Below are positions 19,240-27,801 of a stretch of DNA of 64,000 nt, one piece after another. The notes beneath the pieces were generated by a model, which saw nothing but the letters and a program-made list of their open reading frames with translations, was not told the origin of the DNA and made no database searches. The stretch covers positions 9,437 to 73,436 of the forward strand of contig JAILQT010000114.1 of NCBI GenBank assembly GCA_024698805.1. Reading direction: 5' to 3'. This DNA comes from Solobacterium sp. (GTDB taxonomy: Bacteria > Bacillota_I > Bacilli_A > Erysipelotrichales > Erysipelotrichaceae). Positions within the stretch are counted from its first letter, which is position 1. Each line of letters opens with the position of its first letter. Position numbers and translations under genes: made by a program.

Positions 19240-19781
19240 TGAAATGGATGATTGCGTCGGATATACACGGATCCGCATATTACTGTGAAAAACTGAAGGA
19301 AGCTTATGAAAGGGAGAGGCCCGGCAGACTGCTGCTGATCGGGGATATCCTGTATCACGGGCCGAGGAACGACCTGCCCAGGGACTATGATCCGAAAAAG
19401 GTGATCGAAATACTGAACAGTATTTCAAAAGACATCATCTGCGTCAGGGGGAACTGCGACAGTGAAGTGGACCAGATGGTGCTGGATTTCCCGCTGATGT
19501 CCGATTCCATGGCACTCGTGATCGAAAACAGGTTTTTCTTTGTGACGCACGGTCATATCTTCAGGGAAGCGGACCTTCATTTCCTGCATGAAGATGACAT
19601 CCTCCTCAGCGGGCATACGCATGTGCCGGCAAAAGAAAAAAGAGGGGATCACTGGTATATCAATCCGGGATCCGTCTCCATACCGAAAAACGATTCACCG
19701 CACAGTTACATGACGGCAGAGAACGGCAGCCTGTACTGGAAGACGCTGGACGGTGAGATCTACGACGAATTCAGTCTCTGA
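19236..19781 (+). CDS. yfcE: YfcE-family metallophosphoesterase
   Basis: SDIHGS, GDILYHGPRN, VRGNCD, THGH, GHTH, NPGS. Confidence 0.93.
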   Translation: MMKWMIASDIHGSAYYCEKLKEAYERERPGRLLLIGDILYHGPRNDLPRDYDPKKVIEILNSISKDIICVRGNCDSEVDQMVLDFPLMSDSMALVIENRFFFVTHGHIFREADLHFLHEDDILLSGHTHVPAKEKRGDHWYINPGSVSIPKNDSPHSYMTAENGSLYWKTLDGEIYDEFSL

Positions 19782-19789
19782 TGTGAATG

Positions 19790-19830
19790 GAACAGGCCCT
19801 GCCGGCATATCCGGCAGAGCCTGTTCTTTT
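19790..19830. terminator. bidirectional terminator
   Basis: GAACAGGCCCTGCCGG-loop-CCGGCAGAGCCTGTTC hairpin between convergent genes. Confidence 0.75.
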
Positions 19831-19851
19831 AACAAATGCAGAGTATGTAAG

Positions 19852-20013
19852 TCAGTCCTGCTCCTGGGAAGGGGATTCCTCATCATCAGGGTGCTCATTC
19901 TTTTCCAATGCCTCATTGACTTTTTCCGCAATTTTGACAGAGGAATTGAATGTAGCGATCGCAATGAGCGCTGTTCCTGCAACAGCGACAGCGAGTCTCC
20001 ATAAAGTTCTCAT
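19852..20013 (-). CDS. small membrane-anchored protein (53 aa, not in the ORF track)
   Basis: GGAGGA RBS; MRTLWRLAVAVAGTALIAIATFNSSVKIAEKVNEALEKNEHPDDEESPSQEQD. Confidence 0.7.
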   Translation of the reverse strand: MRTLWRLAVAVAGTALIAIATFNSSVKIAEKVNEALEKNEHPDDEESPSQEQD

Positions 20014-20257
20014 AATGCTCCTCCATTTGACCGCCGGTCACTTTCAGTTTAGCAGGTTTCTGAGACGGAATCTTTAAGTTTCGTTTATGTCTGGGGGAAG
20101 ATGGATCCCCGGATCGATTCCGTGGTTTTTCGAAAGGACCCTACTCCCTTTCCGCTGCAGATCGAAATATATGGTTATCAAATAAGGTCCTGCTATATAG
20201 AATAATAATGTTGATTCATCTGGGATATCATTGGGAATAATGTACGGAGGACGGTCT

Positions 20258-22225
20258 ATGACAAGATTCAGAAAGATCCTGGCAATTGTATTATGCGGCG
20301 GAATGATGGCTTCATCTTTCAATTCCGGAATCCTATGCGCTGCAGAAACGAAAGCTCCGGAGTTTTCGGAAGAAAGAGTTCCGCTTGTTTCGAACGAAGA
20401 CAGACAGCAGACTGCAGATACCGTGCTTGCGTTTACCTCAGACGTGCATAACAAGCAGGATAACACTTCTGCAGAACGGCTTTCATCCTGGATCGATATG
20501 GTCGTCGGGAAATACGGAAAGATCGATCATATGGGCTTCTGCGGGGATATGGCCCAGGCATCCGCGCCGGAAGAAGAATACTGGGCTTACACACAGAAAG
20601 TGATCGATGTTGCAGAGAAAAAACATATCCCTGCATGTTATACAACAGGCAATCACGAATTCAGACCCGGTAATTTCAGCGAGACTTCAAATCCGGTCAG
20701 GGAATATTATACTGTCGGCGGTAAAGGCGGGGAGGGAGAGGACTTCTATATCTATTGCCTTGGGAGTGATCTGGCTGACAGCTATTCAGCTCATTATACA
20801 GAGGGCCAGGCAGCAGCCCTTGTGAATAACCTGAAGGGTGTCAGCAGGGACAAAATGATCATTGTACTTACCCATTTCCCGCTGCACAGCTACGTCACCG
20901 GCAGCAGAAAAAGAGAGACAGAGAATGCGGATCTGGTCATCGAAGCGCTGAACGAAGTCGTTTCGAACGGCACACCAGATACGTCTGATGACAAGACAGT
21001 CGTTTTATTATGGGGACATAACCATACTCTGTCGGATACGAATTACGGCGATATCTGTGCACCGGGCAACAGGCTTGTCTATAATACATCCGAAAACAGC
21101 AGGAAGATCCGGTTCTATTACGCAGCTGCCGGATGCATGAGCGATGAAGAATACAGCAAGGGCAGCTTTAATACAAAAGGCAAAGGACTTGTCATTACGA
21201 TCGAAGAAGACCAGCCCGGTTTTGTATATTATGATGCAGGAGGAAACGATGTCACAGACGGGATCATTTACCCGCATGCCCCTCTCAAAGTGACCGGCGT
21301 GTCGCTGGATAAGTCAGAGGCTGCAGTCAAAACAGGGGATACGGTCAAACTGAATGCCACGGTCACTCCCGGGAATGCATCGTTTACAGATGTGAAATGG
21401 ACCAGCAGCGATGAAACGGTTGCGGCGGTTACCGATACAGGTTTTGTGAAGACTCTCGCAGAGGGGACCGCTGTGATCAGGGCCGCAGGCGTCAGAAACA
21501 ATGATGTCTATGATGAATGCACCGTTACAGTCAGGGATCATACAGAACCGGAGACCGGGTGGGAAAAGACAGGGAAAGGCTGGATCTACCGTACCGCAGA
21601 CCGGGATCAATACAAAGACGGCATATACATGATCGGCGGAAAGAAATACGGTTTTGACGCGGACGGCATCATGGTCACGGGCTGGCGCAGATTCTCCGGA
21701 AAATGGTACTGGTTCGCATCGAGCGGCGTTATGGCGACCGGGTGGAGGAAGATCTCCGGTAAGTGGTACCGGTTCGATCCCGCAGGCGTTATGGTGACGG
21801 GCTGGAAGAAGATCTCCGGCGTATGGTATCACTTCGCCGGCTCCGGTGCAATGACCGCCGGCTGGAAGAAGATCTCGGGAAAGTGGTATTATTTCGCAGA
21901 TTCCGGCGCTATGGTCACAGGATGGAAAAAGATCGCTGACGTATGGTATTACTTCCAGTCTTCCGGCGCGATGAAGACAGGCTGGCTGAAGCGGAATGAT
22001 AAGTGGTATTACTTCAGGGCTTCCGGTGCGATGGCTGCAGGCTGGAATAAGATCGGCGGCGTATGGTATTACTTCCTGTCCTCCGGTGCGATGAAGACCG
22101 GCTGGCTGAAGCTGGGTGACAAATGGTATTATTTCAATTCCTCCGGTGCTATGGTCACAGGGGCCGTAACGGTCGGCTCAAAGACATACACATTTGACAG
22201 CAGCGGCGTATGCCGGAATCCGTAA
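20258..22225 (+). CDS. secreted metallophosphoesterase with Big_2 domain and choline-binding-type cell-wall repeats
   Basis: Signal peptide; SDVH, GD, GNHE, THFP, GHNH; Ig-like VTGVSLDK...WTSSDETVAAV; GW.KI.GKWYYF..SGAM repeats. Confidence 0.9.
   Translation: MTRFRKILAIVLCGGMMASSFNSGILCAAETKAPEFSEERVPLVSNEDRQQTADTVLAFTSDVHNKQDNTSAERLSSWIDMVVGKYGKIDHMGFCGDMAQASAPEEEYWAYTQKVIDVAEKKHIPACYTTGNHEFRPGNFSETSNPVREYYTVGGKGGEGEDFYIYCLGSDLADSYSAHYTEGQAAALVNNLKGVSRDKMIIVLTHFPLHSYVTGSRKRETENADLVIEALNEVVSNGTPDTSDDKTVVLLWGHNHTLSDTNYGDICAPGNRLVYNTSENSRKIRFYYAAAGCMSDEEYSKGSFNTKGKGLVITIEEDQPGFVYYDAGGNDVTDGIIYPHAPLKVTGVSLDKSEAAVKTGDTVKLNATVTPGNASFTDVKWTSSDETVAAVTDTGFVKTLAEGTAVIRAAGVRNNDVYDECTVTVRDHTEPETGWEKTGKGWIYRTADRDQYKDGIYMIGGKKYGFDADGIMVTGWRRFSGKWYWFASSGVMATGWRKISGKWYRFDPAGVMVTGWKKISGVWYHFAGSGAMTAGWKKISGKWYYFADSGAMVTGWKKIADVWYYFQSSGAMKTGWLKRNDKWYYFRASGAMAAGWNKIGGVWYYFLSSGAMKTGWLKLGDKWYYFNSSGAMVTGAVTVGSKTYTFDSSGVCRNP
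21670..22170 (+). repeat. coding tandem repeats (60 bp, 20-aa cell-wall-binding units)
   Basis: About 8 units of MxTGWxKIxGxWYYFxxSGA. Confidence 0.85.
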
Positions 22226-22405
22226 ATACACAAAGCAGGCAGGGATGCGGCCGCCGGATCGTGTCCCTGCTTTTATGCCGGTCCGCAGGAAAAGAAATGT
22301 GTTCGGAATAAGCAGGCGAACCGTTATTTTCAGGAATTGGTATGGCTAACGGCAATTAAAATGATACGATATAAGCAGAAGGAATACGCAAGGAGATAAT
22401 GATAT

Positions 22406-25195
22406 ATGATTCCCGAACAGTATAAGGATTACATGTTCAATGAGAACGATTTTCTGCCTGAGGATTACAAGGTCGAAGATCCGGAAAAGCTGGAGCTTCT
22501 GAAGAAGCTGGGCTGTCTGATCACGGATGATCTGAAGAAGAACAGCCCGAAAAAGCTTACGCCGAACGACCCGGAGATCTGGGCACTTGACAAGATCATG
22601 ACGAAGGATGAAGTGAAATTCATGCTGTCGTTCAAGAAGAAGCGCGTCAACAAATATACGGTCGACCAGCTCGCGGAAATGAACGATATGACGGTGCAGG
22701 AAGCACAGAAGTTCTGCGACGGACTGTGTGAAACAGGTATTCTTGAATACAACCGTGAAAATGAGAACAGGGTCAGGCAGTATTTCATCCCGAAGTTCGT
22801 AGTGGGCTCCGGTGAATACATGATGATGAATTCCAAACTGCTTGCCAAAGTGCCTGAGATCGCTACGCTCTTCAACCATATGTCCATGGTCCCTGTAGGC
22901 AGGGTAGCGGCTTTTGCGCCTCCCGGAGGCGGCGGAATGGGCATGCATGTCATCCCTGTCGAAAAAGCGATCGAACATGAAAGCAAATCTGTCAGTGTGG
23001 AACACCTGTCCCACTGGCTGAAGAAATACGACAAGTTCTGCGTGGACGTATGCAGCTGCAGAAGACAGCAGGCAATGCGCGGCGAAGGCGTCGGCGATAT
23101 CGAAGGCTATATGTGCCTGGCAGTCGGCGACATGGCGGAATTCCTCGTCGAAACGAAGAAGGATGCGTATTATATCACCTATGACGAAGTCATGGAGATC
23201 CTCGAACGCGCGGAGAAGAAAGGCTTCGTACACCAGATCACGAACCTCGACGGTGAAGATACGATCGTCGGTATCTGCAACTGTTCCGCAGGCACATGCA
23301 ATGCGATCCGTACATCGCAGCTCTTCAATACGCCGAACATGTCCGCTTCCGCATACCGTGCGCACGTTGATAAGGAAAAGTGCGTAGCCTGCGGCAAGTG
23401 CGTCGAGGTATGCCCGGTAGGCGCAGCCAAACTCGGACAGAAGCTGTGCAGGAAGAACGGAACCGAAGTCACATATCCGAAGGCGGAACTGCCTGACAAT
23501 GTCAAGTGGGGCCATGACAAGTGGAACAAGAACTACCGTGATGACGCAAAGATCAACTGCTATGACACAGGTACCGCACCGTGCAAGACCGCATGTCCCG
23601 CACACCTGGCAGTACAGGGCTATATCAAGATGGCTGCCGAAGGCAGATACATGGATGCCCTGAAGCTGATCAAGCAGGATAACCCGTTCCCGGCTGTATG
23701 CGGCGCTGTCTGCAACAGGAGATGTGAAGAAAGATGTACAAGGGGTACGATCGACAAGCCTGTAGCGATCGATGAGATCAAGAAATTCATCGCAGCGCAG
23801 GAGCTGAACGCCGAAAACAGATATATCCCCGAATGCATGAATGATGAAGGCAAACAGTGGGATGATTATAAGATCGCCGTGATCGGTGCCGGTCCTTCAG
23901 GCCTTTCCGCAGCGTATTATCTGCGTACGAGGGGATATCCGGTAACGGTCTTCGAGAAGGAAGAAGAACCCGGCGGAATGCTGACATACGGTATCCCGGA
24001 TTTCCGTCTGGAAAAGAAGGTCATCGATGCAGAGATCGACGTGATCAGAGCCATGGGCGCCGAGATCCGCTGCGGTGTCGAGATCGGCAGGGATATCACG
24101 ATCCAGGAACTGCGGGAGCAGGGCTACAGGGCATTCTATGTCGCGATCGGCATGCAGGCAGGAAGGAAAGCAGGCATCCCGAATGAGGAATACGCAATGA
24201 GCGGTGTTGAATTCCTCAGGAAGGCACATGCGGATCACAGCCCGTTCCTGCGCGGCAGGACCGTTGTCATCGGCGGCGGAAACGTAGCGATCGACGTTGC
24301 GAGAACTGCGCTTCGTGCCGGATCGGACGATGTGGAGATGTACTGTCTGGAAGGTCCGGATGAAATGCCCGCAGCAGCGGATGAGATCGCCGAAGCGAAG
24401 GAAGAAGGCGTTAAGATCAAGAACTGCTGGGGTCCTGCAGAGATCAAAGTCACTGACGGCAAGATCACGTCCATCGTTATGAAGCACTGCATCCAGGTAT
24501 TTGACAAGGACGGAAAGTTCGCACCTGTATACGATGAGACTGAGACCAAGGAAGTACCGTGTGAAAATGTCCTGATGTCGATCGGACAGTCAGCTGTCTG
24601 GGGTGACCTGCTGAAGGGTACGAAGGTCGTCCTGCGGCCGAACGGTACGGCAGAGGCGGATCCTGTCACACTGCAGACAGCCGAAGAAGATATCTTTGTC
24701 GGCGGCGATATCAACCATGGCGCGAAGTTCGCGATCGATGCGATCGCAGACGGACGCGAAGGCATGGAATCCATCAACAGGTTCGTCCATTACGGACAGA
24801 GCCTTACGATCGGCAGGGACCTGCGCAAATTCATCGAATTCGACCGTGACGATATCAGGGCTGAAGGCTATGATACAGCCGACCGTGCAAGACCCGGCAT
24901 GAAGCCCGGTGAAGCCGCAAAGACCTATGAAGACCTCAGGCTTCCCCTTACCGAAGAACAGGTCCGTACGGAAGCTGCGAGATGCCTGTCCTGCGGTGCT
25001 ACGACCGTCGATACGAACAGATGCATCGGCTGCGGCCTGTGCACGACAAGGTGCGAATTCGACGCGATCCATCTCTCCAGGGACATTCCTGAGAATTCAA
25101 GGATGTACACTGCGGAAGACGGCAAGCTCAAGGCGATCCTGCCGTATCTGGCAAAACGCGAGATCCGCATCCTGAAAAACAAAAACAAGAAGTGA
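22406..25195 (+). CDS. large multi-[4Fe-4S] GltD-like pyridine nucleotide-disulfide oxidoreductase (929 aa)
   Basis: CVACGKCVEVCP, CKTACP...CGAVCNRRCEERC (Fer4_20), IGAGPSG, IGGGNVAID, CLSC, CIGCGLCTTRC. Confidence 0.9.
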   Translation: MIPEQYKDYMFNENDFLPEDYKVEDPEKLELLKKLGCLITDDLKKNSPKKLTPNDPEIWALDKIMTKDEVKFMLSFKKKRVNKYTVDQLAEMNDMTVQEAQKFCDGLCETGILEYNRENENRVRQYFIPKFVVGSGEYMMMNSKLLAKVPEIATLFNHMSMVPVGRVAAFAPPGGGGMGMHVIPVEKAIEHESKSVSVEHLSHWLKKYDKFCVDVCSCRRQQAMRGEGVGDIEGYMCLAVGDMAEFLVETKKDAYYITYDEVMEILERAEKKGFVHQITNLDGEDTIVGICNCSAGTCNAIRTSQLFNTPNMSASAYRAHVDKEKCVACGKCVEVCPVGAAKLGQKLCRKNGTEVTYPKAELPDNVKWGHDKWNKNYRDDAKINCYDTGTAPCKTACPAHLAVQGYIKMAAEGRYMDALKLIKQDNPFPAVCGAVCNRRCEERCTRGTIDKPVAIDEIKKFIAAQELNAENRYIPECMNDEGKQWDDYKIAVIGAGPSGLSAAYYLRTRGYPVTVFEKEEEPGGMLTYGIPDFRLEKKVIDAEIDVIRAMGAEIRCGVEIGRDITIQELREQGYRAFYVAIGMQAGRKAGIPNEEYAMSGVEFLRKAHADHSPFLRGRTVVIGGGNVAIDVARTALRAGSDDVEMYCLEGPDEMPAAADEIAEAKEEGVKIKNCWGPAEIKVTDGKITSIVMKHCIQVFDKDGKFAPVYDETETKEVPCENVLMSIGQSAVWGDLLKGTKVVLRPNGTAEADPVTLQTAEEDIFVGGDINHGAKFAIDAIADGREGMESINRFVHYGQSLTIGRDLRKFIEFDRDDIRAEGYDTADRARPGMKPGEAAKTYEDLRLPLTEEQVRTEAARCLSCGATTVDTNRCIGCGLCTTRCEFDAIHLSRDIPENSRMYTAEDGKLKAILPYLAKREIRILKNKNKK

Positions 25196-25222
25196 TCCGA
25201 AAGCAGGAAGACAAAGCTGAAC

Positions 25223-25252
25223 AGGGGGATCCGGGATTCCGGATCCCCTTTT
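25223..25252 (+). terminator. intrinsic terminator
   Basis: AGGGGGATCCGG-GATT-CCGGATCCCCTTTT. Confidence 0.88.
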
Positions 25253-25356
25253 GCGGTGATGCGGGATGCATACGGTTTTGCGAAACATGAAGCCCGTGCG
25301 ATAATGAAAACGTACAGTTGTATGACAGGGATCATATGAACGGAAGGGGTCGGAAT

Positions 25357-26295
25357 ATGGAAAAATACCTGGTTTTTGATATCGGCGGCACATATGTCAA
25401 ATACGCGCTGATGAATGATGATTATCAGATCTATGAACAGGGAAAGAGACCTTCGGCGACAGATACGATCGAGCATCTGATGGAAGGCCTGAAGGGCATC
25501 GTTGAAGAGACCGGGGAAGATTATAAAGGCATTGCCGTATCCATGCCCGGAAGGATCGATACCGCCAGGGGCATCGCGCATACCGGCGGCGCATATACAT
25601 TCATACATGACCTTCCCTTCGCGAAGATGCTGGAAGATGCTTTCGGAAAAAGGACTGTGATCGGAAACGACGCGAAATGCGCTGCCCAGGCCGAACTCCT
25701 TTCCGGCGCAATGAAAGACGCAGAATGCGGTGCGGTCATCGTGCTCGGTACAGGCACAGGCGGTGCGATCATACTGGATCACAAAGTCTGGATGGGCGTG
25801 TCCGGGGGAGCGGGAGAGCTGTCCAACCTGGTCACGGATATCGACAGATATATACAGAACCTGCCGCTGCTGGACGGACTGACAAGCACCTTCTCCGCAT
25901 ACGGTTCCGCTTCCGGTCTGCTGATGCAGTACGCAAAATTCAAAGGCCTGCCCAGGATAGCCGGATTCAAAATGAGCGGGACGGAATTCTTTGAGGAATA
26001 TGACAGCGGCAGCCTGCAGGCTAAAGAAGCCCTGAAGATGTTCGGACGCTATACGGCAGCGGGCATTATGTCCGTGCAGGCGGTCCTCGATCTGGAGCGT
26101 TATGCCATCGGCGGCGGGATCAGCGCCCGCAAAGAGATCACGGAAACGATCCGCGAAGGCCTGGATTATCTGTATGACAGCCGCAATAACCCTTTCAGCA
26201 AGCCCGAGATCGTGACCTGCGTCCATCACAATGAAGCGAACCTGATCGGTGCGCTGAGCTTCTATAAGGAATTCGCAGAAAAAAAGGAACAGTGA
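25357..26295 (+). CDS. ROK family sugar kinase
   Basis: FDIGGT, SMPG, NDAKCAAQAE, GTGTGGA, NEANLIGA; no N-terminal HTH. Confidence 0.92.
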   Translation: MEKYLVFDIGGTYVKYALMNDDYQIYEQGKRPSATDTIEHLMEGLKGIVEETGEDYKGIAVSMPGRIDTARGIAHTGGAYTFIHDLPFAKMLEDAFGKRTVIGNDAKCAAQAELLSGAMKDAECGAVIVLGTGTGGAIILDHKVWMGVSGGAGELSNLVTDIDRYIQNLPLLDGLTSTFSAYGSASGLLMQYAKFKGLPRIAGFKMSGTEFFEEYDSGSLQAKEALKMFGRYTAAGIMSVQAVLDLERYAIGGGISARKEITETIREGLDYLYDSRNNPFSKPEIVTCVHHNEANLIGALSFYKEFAEKKEQ

Positions 26296-26312
26296 ATACT
26301 GTTCCGCAGATG

Positions 26313-26690
26313 TCAGAGATTCCGGATGACACCGAACAGGATCGAAGCTGCCAGCACGGTCCAGACCATGACATTTTCGATCTTTGAGAAGGATGTCTTC
26401 CCGGTCTTGATGAAGCGGCAGGACCTGTATACGGCATAGGCAGATGCCGGGGGCAGCAGCACCAGCACGAAACCGTTCGCTTCAAACGCTGTGCGGATAT
26501 CCCCCCTGAGCAGGGACATCAGGCAGTGACTGATCCCGCATCCGGGACACAGGTAACCCGTCAGCGAGCGGAAAGGGCAGGGTATATACACTCCTGTCAG
26601 GCGGATCCACAGGGCATAGAACATGCCTGCAGCCAGTACCGGCAAATACTTCCTGATCAGTGATCCCGCCCGTGTTTTTTCATCGTTCAT
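26313..26690 (-). CDS. DUF2752 membrane protein
   Basis: CPFRSLTGYLCPGCG signature. Confidence 0.88.
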   Translation of the reverse strand: MNDEKTRAGSLIRKYLPVLAAGMFYALWIRLTGVYIPCPFRSLTGYLCPGCGISHCLMSLLRGDIRTAFEANGFVLVLLPPASAYAVYRSCRFIKTGKTSFSKIENVMVWTVLAASILFGVIRNL

Positions 26691-26727
26691 GAGAGAATTG
26701 TATCATGTTTCATAACACAAATTACAT

Positions 26728-26781
26728 TTCACAAATCTTTCACATTTCTAACATAAATATTACACAGTTATTTTGTACTAT
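26728..26781 (+). promoter_or_regulatory. direct-repeat operator plus -10 box (sRNA locus A)
   Basis: TTCACA at 26728 and 26739 (11-bp period); TACTAT at 26776. Confidence 0.6.
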
Positions 26782-26786
26782 ATAAT

Positions 26787-26860
26787 TGTCTTAAGAGATA
26801 GACATATATTTCTTTCCCTCCCAATAATCAGAAGAAAGGTCTGTGCCAGCGGGCCTTTTT
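26787..26860 (+). ncRNA. candidate csRNA-like small RNA A
   Basis: TGTCT-N8-AGACA hairpin, TTTCTTTCCCTCCC tract, terminator whose G-U pairs form only on the + strand; no ORF. Confidence 0.55.
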
Positions 26861-27637
26861 TCATCGTGTCATGGCAGCTGCGGTATTCAGAAGGATCTCA
26901 ATAAAGACAAGGAAGATCGCCTGGTCATCCAGGAACGAAATACTGCTGTCCCGTGATATGCGCGGCAGGACGATATAATGGCTGCACATTTTTTTGAACG
27001 GAAGGGCAGGGGTCATCGTGAAGCAGATAACAGGACAGTCATGTCCGGCAGCGGTTACAACATGATCATTGTAGATCCCTGCGTTGTCGGTAATGGTAAA
27101 AATGACAAGCAGATCCTCTTCTGTGAGCATTTCGCATGTATCGCTCATGTCCGTCGTATCACAGACCGCTTCCGCATCAATACCGATTTTAAGCAGGCGC
27201 TGTTTCAGCTGCCGGGCACTGTTAAAGGTGCGGTTGACCCCGAATATCTTTGTACGCCTGCTGCGGATCAGGAGGTCACTGATCCGGTCCAGGTCCTCAC
27301 GGTCGAAACATTCCGGGATCCTTTTAATATATTCCGTATATGTGTCTGTGATCGCGTGAAAGCTGTCGGCCTCAGCGGAAGTTTCCGTCTGGGAGGCATT
27401 GCGGCTGACAAGGTAGCGTGACAGGTCAAATTTGAATTCGGCAAAACCGTTATAACCGATGCGGGTGGAAAAACGCACCAGCGCAGCTTTTGAAGTATGT
27501 GTATATTCTGCAAGGGCGCCGATCGTGGAGCGTGCCGCATCACGCGGATTATCCATGATCCAGGCTGCGATCTCGCGGTCTGTTTTTGTCATGTCTTCAT
27601 AATAGGACCGGATCCGGTCCAGCGGGTTAAGTGCCAT
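26861..27637 (-). CDS. MurR/RpiR family transcriptional regulator
   Basis: MTKTDREIAAWIMDNP...SKAALVRFSTRIGYNGFAEFKF HTH plus SIS domain. Confidence 0.93.
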   Translation of the reverse strand: MALNPLDRIRSYYEDMTKTDREIAAWIMDNPRDAARSTIGALAEYTHTSKAALVRFSTRIGYNGFAEFKFDLSRYLVSRNASQTETSAEADSFHAITDTYTEYIKRIPECFDREDLDRISDLLIRSRRTKIFGVNRTFNSARQLKQRLLKIGIDAEAVCDTTDMSDTCEMLTEEDLLVIFTITDNAGIYNDHVVTAAGHDCPVICFTMTPALPFKKMCSHYIVLPRISRDSSISFLDDQAIFLVFIEILLNTAAAMTR

Positions 27638-27676
27638 ATGTCTTCCTCCTGATTCTATGATAACAGAACGTATCTT

Positions 27677-27786
27677 TAAAACAAGTTTCATGTTTCTTAA
27701 AACTTTCGTAAAATAATTTCAATTTACTATTGAAACTAGTTTTATCAAGTGCTATATTATGAGTGTCAGAAATAAAACAAGTTTCA
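27677..27786. promoter_or_regulatory. three operator copies and a sigma-A promoter for the PTS IIC gene
   Basis: TAAAACAAGTTTCA at 27677 and 27773; TGAAACTAGTTTTA at 27731; TTGAAA-N17-TATATT at 27730-27758. Confidence 0.75.
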
Positions 27787-27801
27787 GAAAGGGGTTAAAA
27801 C

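Noticed and set aside
21670-22170. 60-bp periodic repeats as a CRISPR array or recombination cassette
   Set aside because: They encode ordinary cell-wall-binding repeats with synonymous variation.
22406-25195. Glutamate synthase small subunit gltD
   Set aside because: About twice the usual length, with extra Fe-S domains and no gltB.
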